Assembly: GCA_965221215.1 (NCBI GenBank)
Contig: OZ244872.1
Coordinates: 3,030,340-3,094,339 of the forward strand
Length of the DNA: 64,000 nucleotides
Source of the DNA: Candidatus Aldehydirespirator sp.
GTDB taxonomy: Bacteria > Actinomycetota > Acidimicrobiia > Acidimicrobiales > Aldehydirespiratoraceae
Direction: 5' to 3'
The first letter of the stretch is position 1, and the number at the start of each line of letters is the position of its first letter. The notes below the pieces were generated by a model. That model saw only the letters and a program-made list of their open reading frames with translations, was not told where the DNA came from and made no database searches. A program made the position numbers and the translations under genes. Shown one piece after another: positions 34,103 to 42,458 of this stretch.

Positions 34103-35395
34103 TCATGGGCCCAGGGCGATGATAGGCACCACCTGAACTCCGTCGGGGCGGCGATAAGCGGCACCGGTGGAGGTGACCACCACCATCGCGGCTAGGTCGT
34201 CGACCCGAGAGGGGCGTACCTTGCTGCGGAGTCGCAGCAGCGCCCTGGCGGCGGCGTCGACAGCGTCAGGGCCGGGGCTCACCTTCACTTCAGCGGCGAT
34301 CCACGCACCATCGTCGCGCTCGATGACGGCGTCCACCTCCAGACCGGTGTCGTCGCGGTAGTGGTACACCTCCCCGCGCTCCGGCTGGCTGTAGACGCGC
34401 AGGTCGCGGACGGCCAGCGACTCGAACAGCAGGCCGAGAGTGGCAGGATCGGCCAGCAGCCGGCGGGGGGACACCCGCAGCAGATGTGCTGACAGCGACG
34501 GGTCGATGAAGTGGCGTTTGGCCGCTCGACGCAGCGTCGCCCTAGAGCGCAATTGCACCGACCAGGCCGGCTGGTCCTCGATCACGAAGACCCGCTCTAG
34601 CGCGTCGAGATAGGCGGCGACGGTGTTGCGGCCTGCTGGCCCCTCTGCGTCCGTGTCCGCGGCCAGTGTCGATGTTTTGGCCTCGGTGGCGGTGTGGCGG
34701 GCGATCGAGCGCATCAGCCTGCGGACCGCGGCAGGGTTGTGGGTGACGCCGTTGGCGGCAGGAAGTTCGAGGTGGACGATCTCGTTGAGGTAGTCGCCCG
34801 CGGCGAGGAGGGCCTGTTCGGTGTCGAGTCCCAGGCTGGCAGGCCAGCCGCCGATACAGATAGATGCCGCGATCTCGGCCAGGCCCCGCCCGGACTGTGG
34901 CATGGCCGAGAAGGCTTCGCCGTTGAAGAGGCCCTGCATCGAGACCGAGCCGTCGGAGAGACCGCTCTCGTGCAACGACATTGGCCGCATCAGAACCCGG
35001 GCGATGCGGCCCACCCCGGTGTGGCGGGTGATGTCGTCTTGCGGGGCAGCCGAGCCCGTCAGCAGGAATTGGCCCGGCACAGCGCGGTCGTCGCATTCCC
35101 GCCGCACCCGATTCCACAGTCCTGGAGCGTTCTGCCACTCGTCCAACAATCGTGGCGCGGCACCGACCATCACTGCTCCGGGGTCGGCCTCGGCGAGCAG
35201 GAGGGTGGCCTCGTCGTCGAGCCGCGCCTCGCTGCGAGCGAAGCTTCGCGCCGTCCAAGTTTTGCCGCAGCCCCGGCAGCCTTCGATCAAGACAGCCCCT
35301 CGACGCTGCAATGAGCCTTCCACGATGGCATCCACGCTCCGGGGCCGGTAACCCGGCATCACCAGCGGTCTCAGCGCTTCATGGTCACGACCCAT
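34103..35395 (-). CDS. AAA-type ATPase with DUF4143 C-terminal region, paralogue 2
   Basis: Walker A GCRGCGKT, LLDEWQ, FLLTGSA, LFESLAVRDL...AAEVK. The start is taken at MGRDHEAL (35395). Confidence 0.75.
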   Translation of the reverse strand: MGRDHEALRPLVMPGYRPRSVDAIVEGSLQRRGAVLIEGCRGCGKTWTARSFARSEARLDDEATLLLAEADPGAVMVGAAPRLLDEWQNAPGLWNRVRRECDDRAVPGQFLLTGSAAPQDDITRHTGVGRIARVLMRPMSLHESGLSDGSVSMQGLFNGEAFSAMPQSGRGLAEIAASICIGGWPASLGLDTEQALLAAGDYLNEIVHLELPAANGVTHNPAAVRRLMRSIARHTATEAKTSTLAADTDAEGPAGRNTVAAYLDALERVFVIEDQPAWSVQLRSRATLRRAAKRHFIDPSLSAHLLRVSPRRLLADPATLGLLFESLAVRDLRVYSQPERGEVYHYRDDTGLEVDAVIERDDGAWIAAEVKVSPGPDAVDAAARALLRLRSKVRPSRVDDLAAMVVVTSTGAAYRRPDGVQVVPIIALGP

Positions 35396-35451
35396 AGCAG
35401 CCTGTCCTCGTCCTACGACAGGCCAACGCGGAGTGTTCCGTGAACCCGTCA

Positions 35452-35566
35452 AAGTGCGTTCTGGGAATGCTACGCAGTGCACTTTGGGAATGAAACGCAG
35501 TGCACGTTGGGAATGCTACACAGTGCACTTTGGGAATGAAGCGCAGCGCGTTTTGGGAATGTAGCG
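35452..35566. repeat. Five exact-period 23-bp tandem repeats (consensus CAGTGCACTTTGGGAATGMWACG)
   Basis: Units start at 35452, 35475, 35498, 35521 and 35544. Each contains a GTGCAC-like palindrome and TTGGGAATG. The array lies 57 bp upstream of the ATPase-2 start and 95 bp upstream of the DMGDH-like gene. Confidence 0.9.
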
Positions 35567-35660
35567 TGGGGTTTGCTGGCGGTGGGTTGGGGACTGGCGT
35601 AGATTGGCTCCGACTTGGGGCCGGACGGGCCGGACCTGCGAATCGACGGATGGGAGTTCA

Positions 35661-38120
35661 ATGGTCCAGGCGCCGCCCGACCGAGCGCAGATCGTGGTGG
35701 TGGGCGGCGGCATCGTCGGTTGCAGCGTGGCCTACCACCTGGCCCGGCGGGGCATCAGCGACGTGGTCGTGCTGGAGCAGAACAAGCTCACCGGCGGCAC
35801 CACCTGGCACGCGGCCGGGCTGGTGTCGCAGCTCAAGTCGACCTTCAGCCTCACCAAGCTGGCCACCTACTCGGCCCAGCTCTACGAGGCCCTGGAGGAC
35901 GAGACCGGCCAGGCCACCGGCTGCCGCACCCCCGGATCGATCTCGGTGGCCGCCGACGCCGAGCGCTGGGAGGAGATCCGACGGGCCGCGGCCATGGCCG
36001 TGACCGCCGGGGTCGAGACCCGCCAGATCGACATCGACGAGCTGCGGGAGCGCTGGCCGCTGATCCGCACCGACGACATCGTGGGCGCGCTGTTCGTCCC
36101 CAAAGACGGCCACACCTCCCCGGTGGACACCACCGTGGCGCTGGCCAAGGGGGCCCGCAGCCGGGGAGTGCGCATCATCGAGGACGTCGAGGTAACCGGC
36201 CTGCGCACCCGCGGCGGTGCCGTCGCCGGGGTCGACACCGAGCAGGGCAGCATCGAGACCGAGACCGTGGTGCTGGCCACCGGCATCTGGACTCGCCAGC
36301 TCGCGGCCCAGATCGGGGTGAACGTGCCGCTGCAGGCCTGCGAGCACTTCTATGTGGTCTCCGAGCCGCTCGGGCTCGACGCCGACACCCCGGTGCTGCG
36401 CGACCCCGGCAACTACACTTACTTCAAGGAGGAGACCGGCAAGATCATGGCCGGATTCTTCGAGCCCCGGGGCAAGGTGTGGAACCTCGACGGCGTGCCC
36501 CGCGACTTCACCTTCGGCACGCTGGACGAGGACTGGGACCACATCGGGCCGATCTTCGAGCGGTCCGTGCACCGGGTTCCAGCGCTGGGCGACTGCGGCA
36601 TCCAACTGTTCCTCAACGGCCCCGAGGCCTTCACCCCCGACGGGGTGTACTACCTGGGCGAGGCCCCCGAGGTGGACGGCTGCTTCGTGGCGGCCGGGTT
36701 CAACTCGGTGGGCATCCAGTCGGCGGGAGGGGTGGGCTGGGCCCTGGCCGACTGGATCGCCGACCGGCATCCGCCCATGGATCTGTCGTCGGTGGACATC
36801 CGCCGGGCGTTCGAGTTCCAGTCCGACCCCGCCTACCTGGCCGAGCGCATCCCCGAGAGCCTGGGCCTGCTGTACGCCATGCACTGGCCCTTCTACCAGT
36901 ACGAGAGCGCCCGGGGCAGGCGGATGTCGCCCCTGCACGACCGCCTCGACACCGCCGGGGCCGTCTGGGGCGAGACCGCGGGCTGGGAGCGGCCCAACTG
37001 GTACGCCCGCGACGGCCAGGACCGCACCTACGTCTACAGCTACGGCAGACAGAACTGGTGGCCCAACACCGCCGAGGAGTGCCGGGCGGTGCGGGAGCGG
37101 GCCGCGCTGTTCGACCAGACCTCGTTCGCCAAGTTCACCGTGGACGGCCCCGACTCGCTCAAGGTGCTCGACGAGCTGAGCACGGCCCGCATCGACGTTC
37201 CCGTGGGCAAGGCGGTGTACACCCAGTGGTGCAACAGCCGGGGCGGCATCGAGGCCGACCTCACCGTGACCCGCCTCGGGCTGGACCGGTTCCTGGTGGT
37301 GACCGCGGCCGCGGCCCAGACCAGGGACTGGGCCCGACTGCGCCGGGCCGGCCGCGGCCACGACGTGGAGATCGCCGACATCACCGAGCACTGGGCCATG
37401 ATCGGGCTGATGGGCCCCAAGGCCCGCTTCGTGCTCGGCCCGCTCACCGACGCCTCGCTCACCAACACCGACTTCCCGTTCGGCACCTCGCAGCGCATCG
37501 CGGTGGCCGGCATCGACGTGCTGGCCCTGCGCATGAGCTACGTGGGCGAGCTCGGCTGGGAGCTGTACCTGCCCAACGCCCACGCCACCGAGCTCTACGA
37601 CGCGCTGATGAAGGCGGGCGAGCCCCACGGCCTGGCCCTGGCCGGCTACCACGCCATGAACACCCTGCGGCTCGAGTCGGGATACCGGCACTGGGGCCAC
37701 GACATCACCGACGAGGACACCCCGATTGAGGCCGGGTTGGGGTTCACCGTCGGCTGGGACAAGCCCAACCCCTGGAACGGCCGGGCCGCGCTGGAGCACC
37801 AGCGGGAGCGGCCCCGCAACAAGCGCCTCATCCAGTTCCGCCTCGAGCACCCCGAGCTGCTCTGCTACCACGACGACCCGATTCTGCGCAACGGCGAGCC
37901 GGTGGGCAGCACCACCTCGTCGATGTGGAGCTACACCGAGGACCGCTGCCTGGCCATGGGCTACCTGCGCCGCCCCGGCGACGAGGGCGTGGTCCAGGAC
38001 TGGCTGGACACAGGCGCCTTCGAGATCAACATCGGCGGCGAGCTAGTGGTGGCCACCCCGTCGATCCGCAGCTTCTACGATCCCCGAAACCAAAGAGTCC
38101 GCCTGGAGGACGCCCCATGA
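35661..38120 (+). CDS. FAD-dependent dimethylglycine/sarcosine dehydrogenase-like enzyme with a C-terminal GcvT folate-binding domain (paralogue 1)
   Basis: VVVGGGIVGCSVAYHL, GTTWHAAGL (the covalent-flavin His context of DMGDH/SARDH), and a C-terminal aminomethyltransferase fold (YVGELGWELY). Confidence 0.8.
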   Translation: MVQAPPDRAQIVVVGGGIVGCSVAYHLARRGISDVVVLEQNKLTGGTTWHAAGLVSQLKSTFSLTKLATYSAQLYEALEDETGQATGCRTPGSISVAADAERWEEIRRAAAMAVTAGVETRQIDIDELRERWPLIRTDDIVGALFVPKDGHTSPVDTTVALAKGARSRGVRIIEDVEVTGLRTRGGAVAGVDTEQGSIETETVVLATGIWTRQLAAQIGVNVPLQACEHFYVVSEPLGLDADTPVLRDPGNYTYFKEETGKIMAGFFEPRGKVWNLDGVPRDFTFGTLDEDWDHIGPIFERSVHRVPALGDCGIQLFLNGPEAFTPDGVYYLGEAPEVDGCFVAAGFNSVGIQSAGGVGWALADWIADRHPPMDLSSVDIRRAFEFQSDPAYLAERIPESLGLLYAMHWPFYQYESARGRRMSPLHDRLDTAGAVWGETAGWERPNWYARDGQDRTYVYSYGRQNWWPNTAEECRAVRERAALFDQTSFAKFTVDGPDSLKVLDELSTARIDVPVGKAVYTQWCNSRGGIEADLTVTRLGLDRFLVVTAAAAQTRDWARLRRAGRGHDVEIADITEHWAMIGLMGPKARFVLGPLTDASLTNTDFPFGTSQRIAVAGIDVLALRMSYVGELGWELYLPNAHATELYDALMKAGEPHGLALAGYHAMNTLRLESGYRHWGHDITDEDTPIEAGLGFTVGWDKPNPWNGRAALEHQRERPRNKRLIQFRLEHPELLCYHDDPILRNGEPVGSTTSSMWSYTEDRCLAMGYLRRPGDEGVVQDWLDTGAFEINIGGELVVATPSIRSFYDPRNQRVRLEDAP

Positions 38121-40585
38121 CAACGCAACAGGCGCGGTGTGTGATCATTGGCGGCGGGGCCATGGGGGTGGGGCTGCTGTACTACCTGGCCCATGAGGGA
38201 TGGACCGACACCATCCTGCTGGAGAAGGGCGAGCTCACCTCGGGATCGACCTGGCATGCGGCCGGGCTGATCCCCAACTTCATCGGCGACCTCAACATGG
38301 CCAAGGTCCATGAGGAGGCGGTGGCCCTCTACCCCCGCCTCGAGGAGGAGACCGGTCTGTCGGCGGGCTGGCACGGCTGCGGCGCCATCCGGCTGGCCCG
38401 CACCGACGACGAGGTCGACTGGCACCGCTACGTGCACGCCATGCTCACCCAGATCGGCGTCGAGTCGCACCTGATCGGCCCCGCCGAGATCCGCGAGCGC
38501 CATCCTCTGCTGGAGGACCTCAGCGACGTCAAGGTCGGGTTCTACACCCCCAACGACGGCTGGACCGACCCGTCGGGCTGCACCAACGCCATGGCGCGGG
38601 GCGCCCGCAACCTCGGCTGCGAGATACGCCGCCACACGCTGGTGACCGACATGAGCCGCCTGCCCGACGGGCGCTGGGAGATCACCGCCGTCCCCGGCGG
38701 CATGGGCGGCGCCGGCACCGACGACAGCTACCGGATCGTGTGCGAGCACGTCGTCAACGCGGCCGGCCACTACGCCCCCCAGCTCGGGGCCATGGTCGGG
38801 CTAGACGTGCCCATCGTCTCGGTGATCCACCAGTACCTGGTCACCGAGCCCCTGCAGGCCATGATCGACCTCGGCTTCGAGCCTCCCGTGACCCGCGACC
38901 CCCGGTCTTCGTGCTACTACCGCCGGGAGATCGACGGGCTGCTGGTCGGCCCCTACGAAATGTCGGGCTCCAGGGTTTACGGGACCGACGGCATCGACTG
39001 GGCCCACGACTTCCACCTCACCGGCGAGAACGTCGACGTGCTCGAGGAGTGTCTCGAATACACCGCCATGCGCATCGGTGCCTTCGCCACCGCCGGCATC
39101 AAGCAGATCGTGTCGGGGCCGATCACCCACACCCCCGACTCCGGCTATCTGATGGGCCCCGCGCCGGGGCTGCGCAACTACTGGCACTGCAACGGCGCCT
39201 CCATCGGCATCACCCAGGGTCCGGGCGCCGGCAAGTACCTGGCCCAGTGGATGGTCCACGGCCAGACCGAGATCAACGTGCGGGGCATGGACCCCCGCCG
39301 CTTCGGCGACCACACCGGCCCCCGCTCGAGCTTCGCCATCGCCAAGGCCTGCGACGAGTACCACGAGATGTACCAGGTGCGCCTGCCCGGCGAGTACCGG
39401 GCCGCGGGCCGGCCCCAGAAGACGACCCCCATCCACGACCGCCTCGACCGGCTGGGCGCCCAGTGGCAGGAGGTGTACGGCTGGGAGCGGCCCCAGTACT
39501 ACGCGCCCGACGGTGCCGGCGAGCGGCACTCGTTCCGCCGCTCCAACGCCTTCGACCCGGTGGCGGCCGAGGTGCAGGGGGTGCGCCGGCGGGTCGGGAT
39601 CGCCGACATCTCCGCCTTCGCCTCCTTCGAGGTGACCGGCGCCGACGCGGCCGCCTTGCTCGACCGGCTGTCGGCCAACCGGCTGCCGGCTCGAGACGGC
39701 GGCATCCGGCTGACCCACATGCTCACCGACCTCGGCGGCATCGAGTGCGAGATGACCATCGCCCGCCTGGCGGCCGACCGCTTCTATGCGACCTCGGCCA
39801 TCATGGGCCAGAGCCACGACCTCGACTGGCTGCAACAGCACATCGAGCCGGGGGCCGACGTCAAGGTGGCCGACGTGACCGACTCCACCGGCCTGCTGGC
39901 GGTGACCGGCCCCCGGGCCCGCGACGTGCTGGCGACGCTCACCGACGCCGACCTCGCCAATGAGGCCTTCAGGTGGCTGACCGCGGCCGAGATCGCCGTG
40001 GCCGGGGTGCCGTGTGTGGCGATGCGGGTGTCGTATGTGGGGGAGCTGGGCTGGGAGCTGCACTGCGACATGGACCGCCTGGCCGAGCTGTACGACGCGG
40101 TGGTCGCCGCGGGCGAGCCCCACGGGATGGTTCACTTCGGCAGCTACGCCATGAACGTGATGCGCATCGAGAAGGGCTACAAGGCCTGGGGCTCGGAGCT
40201 CACCACCGAGATCACCCCCATCGAGGCCCGCCTGGAACGCTTCATCGACCTGAGCCGGCCCTTCATCGGCCGCGACGCTGCTGTGGCCCGGCGCGACCAG
40301 CCCGAGCCGCTGTCGATGGTGCTGGTGTACTGCGAGGTGGACGCCACCGACAACGATGTGCGGGGCAACGAGCCCGCCTTCGATGCCGACGGCAACGTCA
40401 TGGGCATCGCCACCAGCGGCGCCTGGGGCCACACCGTGGGCCGCAGCCTGGCCTTCGTGTACGTGGCGCCGGCCTTCGAGGCGCCCGGCTCCACCTTCGA
40501 GCTCGACCTGCTGGGCGAGCGCAGGACCGCCACCGTGCTGGCCGAGCCGGCCTACGACCCGGCCAACACCGCCCCCCGATCATGA
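38117..40585 (+). CDS. FAD-dependent dimethylglycine/sarcosine dehydrogenase-like enzyme with GcvT domain (paralogue 2)
   Basis: ATGA overlap with the upstream gene. IIGGGAMGVGLLYYL, GSTWHAAGL, YVGELGWELH. Confidence 0.8.
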   Translation: MTTQQARCVIIGGGAMGVGLLYYLAHEGWTDTILLEKGELTSGSTWHAAGLIPNFIGDLNMAKVHEEAVALYPRLEEETGLSAGWHGCGAIRLARTDDEVDWHRYVHAMLTQIGVESHLIGPAEIRERHPLLEDLSDVKVGFYTPNDGWTDPSGCTNAMARGARNLGCEIRRHTLVTDMSRLPDGRWEITAVPGGMGGAGTDDSYRIVCEHVVNAAGHYAPQLGAMVGLDVPIVSVIHQYLVTEPLQAMIDLGFEPPVTRDPRSSCYYRREIDGLLVGPYEMSGSRVYGTDGIDWAHDFHLTGENVDVLEECLEYTAMRIGAFATAGIKQIVSGPITHTPDSGYLMGPAPGLRNYWHCNGASIGITQGPGAGKYLAQWMVHGQTEINVRGMDPRRFGDHTGPRSSFAIAKACDEYHEMYQVRLPGEYRAAGRPQKTTPIHDRLDRLGAQWQEVYGWERPQYYAPDGAGERHSFRRSNAFDPVAAEVQGVRRRVGIADISAFASFEVTGADAAALLDRLSANRLPARDGGIRLTHMLTDLGGIECEMTIARLAADRFYATSAIMGQSHDLDWLQQHIEPGADVKVADVTDSTGLLAVTGPRARDVLATLTDADLANEAFRWLTAAEIAVAGVPCVAMRVSYVGELGWELHCDMDRLAELYDAVVAAGEPHGMVHFGSYAMNVMRIEKGYKAWGSELTTEITPIEARLERFIDLSRPFIGRDAAVARRDQPEPLSMVLVYCEVDATDNDVRGNEPAFDADGNVMGIATSGAWGHTVGRSLAFVYVAPAFEAPGSTFELDLLGERRTATVLAEPAYDPANTAPRS

Positions 40586-42117
40586 CGGAGGCAGCAGGAC
40601 GGCGCCGGGGCGGGGGCAGGGCCGGACGCATCGCGGCCCGCCAGGCCCCGCTGGAGGTCGACGCTCGGCCGGTGCGGCCGGGACTGCCGGGAGGCAGGTT
40701 CTCGCCGCTGAGCGAGTCCGACCTGCAGCAGGTGTACGACACCGCGCTGGGGTTGCTCGAAGAAGTCGGCATGGGCTCGCCCATCGACGAGTTCACCGAG
40801 GTGGTCACCGCCGCGGGCGGCCATGTGGACGACGCCGGCCGGTTGCGCTACCCGCGTGGATTGGTGGAGGGCGCCATCGCCACCGCGGCCAAAGAATGGG
40901 TGTGGCACGGCTTCGACGACGACCGCTCCATCACCGTGGGCGGCGACCGGGTCCACTTCGGCACCGCCGGCGCGGCCGTGTTGATGTACGACCACGCCGC
41001 CGGGGAGTTCCGTCCCTCCACCGCAGTCGACGTCTACGACTGCGCCCGCCTGGTCGACACCCTCGACCACATCCACTTCTTCGTGCGCACCGTGGTGGCC
41101 CGCGACATGGAGGACGCCCGCGAGCTCGACATCAACACCGCCTACGCGGCCATGGCGGGCACCACCAAGCCGGTCGGCACGTCGTGGTTCGAGCGCGACC
41201 ACGTCTACGAGACGGTGGACATGTTCGACATGGCCCTCGGCGGGCGGGGCGAGTTCCGCAAGCGGCCCTTCGTGGCGGCCAACAACACGTTCGTGGTGCC
41301 GCCGCTGCGCTTCGCGGAGGAGTCGGCCAAGTGCATGGTGGCCCAGGTCGAGACGGGCATGCCCATCAACCTGCTGTCGGCGGGCCAGGCCGGGGCCACC
41401 TCCCCCGCCGCCCTGGCCGGATCGCTGGCCCAGGCCCTGGCCGAATGCCTGGCCGCGCTCACCGGGGTCAACCTGCTGAGTCCCGGCCACCCGTGCGTGA
41501 TGGGCATGTGGCCGTTCGTGTCGGACCTGCGCACCGGCGCAATGAGCGGAGGCTCCGGCGAGGAGGGCATCCTCAACGCGGCCGCGGCCCAGCTGCTCAA
41601 CTGGATCGGCCTGCCGTCGGGCGTGGCCGCGGGCATGGCCGACTCCAAGATCCCCGACAACCAGGCCGGCTACGAGAAGGGCGTCAACGTGACGCTGGCC
41701 GGACAGGCCGGAGCCAATCTGGTGTACGAGTCGGCGGGGATGGTGGCCAGCATCCTGAGCTGCTCGCTGGAGGCGCTGGTGATCGACAACGACATGCTCG
41801 GCTCGATCAACCGCACCGTGCGGGGCATCGAGGTGAACGAGGAGACGCTGTCGGCTGGACTCATCGCCGAGGTGGTGGCCGGGCCGGGCCATTTCCTGGG
41901 TTCGCCCCAGACGTTGGAGCTCATGCAGCGGGAGTACGTCTATCCCGAGATCGGCGACCGCGACACCCCCGACAACTGGATGGACGCTGGCGGCAAGGAC
42001 GCCCGGACCCGGGCCCACGAGCACGTCCAGCGGGTGCTGGCCGAGCACCGTCCGTCCCACATCAGCGCCGAAGCCGACGCCCGCATGCGGTCCTCCTTCC
42101 CCATCCGCCTGCCGTAG
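40582..42117 (+). CDS. MttB-superfamily (trimethylamine methyltransferase family) protein, non-pyrrolysine type
   Basis: ATGA overlap with the upstream gene. 511 aa, TIM-barrel MttB-like throughout, with no in-frame TAG. Confidence 0.7.
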   Translation: MTEAAGRRRGGGRAGRIAARQAPLEVDARPVRPGLPGGRFSPLSESDLQQVYDTALGLLEEVGMGSPIDEFTEVVTAAGGHVDDAGRLRYPRGLVEGAIATAAKEWVWHGFDDDRSITVGGDRVHFGTAGAAVLMYDHAAGEFRPSTAVDVYDCARLVDTLDHIHFFVRTVVARDMEDARELDINTAYAAMAGTTKPVGTSWFERDHVYETVDMFDMALGGRGEFRKRPFVAANNTFVVPPLRFAEESAKCMVAQVETGMPINLLSAGQAGATSPAALAGSLAQALAECLAALTGVNLLSPGHPCVMGMWPFVSDLRTGAMSGGSGEEGILNAAAAQLLNWIGLPSGVAAGMADSKIPDNQAGYEKGVNVTLAGQAGANLVYESAGMVASILSCSLEALVIDNDMLGSINRTVRGIEVNEETLSAGLIAEVVAGPGHFLGSPQTLELMQREYVYPEIGDRDTPDNWMDAGGKDARTRAHEHVQRVLAEHRPSHISAEADARMRSSFPIRLP

Positions 42118-42154
42118 AGTTGACCCTCGTCTCGCATACAAGGGGGAGCGTGCC

Positions 42155-42352
42155 ATGAGAGTTCGCGTCGATCAGGAGGCCTGCCAGGGTCACAACCGCT
42201 GCTACATGCTGGCGCCGGAGCTGTTCGATGTGGACGACGAGGGAACCGCCTTCGAGATCGGCGACGGCGAGGTGGCCCCCGAGCTTGAGGAGAAGGCCCG
42301 CCTGGCCTTCGACAACTGCCCCGAGTACGCAGTCGAGCTAATCGAAGACTGA
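42155..42352 (+). CDS. Small ferredoxin (single-cluster, CxxHxxC...CP type)
   Basis: 65 aa: VDQEACQGHNRCYMLAPELF...NCPEYAV. Confidence 0.8.
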   Translation: MRVRVDQEACQGHNRCYMLAPELFDVDDEGTAFEIGDGEVAPELEEKARLAFDNCPEYAVELIED

Positions 42353-42458
42353 ACCCACAGAGATCCCGCGGAGTTCCGCACTAGCCGTCGGCGGTGGGCC
42401 GGGTTAGGGTCGGCGTTCCCATGCGTGCGCAGGCCTACCAACGGGAGGGATAGTCAGC

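Noticed and set aside
35452-35566. 23-bp arrays (also 7187..7255) and the 45-bp tandem (32544..32678) interpreted as CRISPR arrays
   Set aside because: The units are directly adjacent with no unique spacers, there are only 3-5 copies, and no cas genes are present. The 45-bp tandem lies in-frame inside a CDS.
35567-35660. Possible glycine or THF riboswitch upstream of the GcvT-domain dehydrogenase genes
   Set aside because: I could not find the conserved glycine-riboswitch core elements or a convincing multi-stem structure by eye. The region is short and mostly G-rich, and only a covariance-model scan could settle it.
35658-42156. Long minus-strand ORFs (35658..37871, 38801..40432, 40552..42156) and alternative plus-frame ORFs (35615..37729, 38740..39963, 40356..42158) across the DMGDH/MttB genes
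   Set aside because: All overlap genes with strong family signatures and ATGA-coupled junctions. They are frame or strand shadows of G+C-rich coding sequence.
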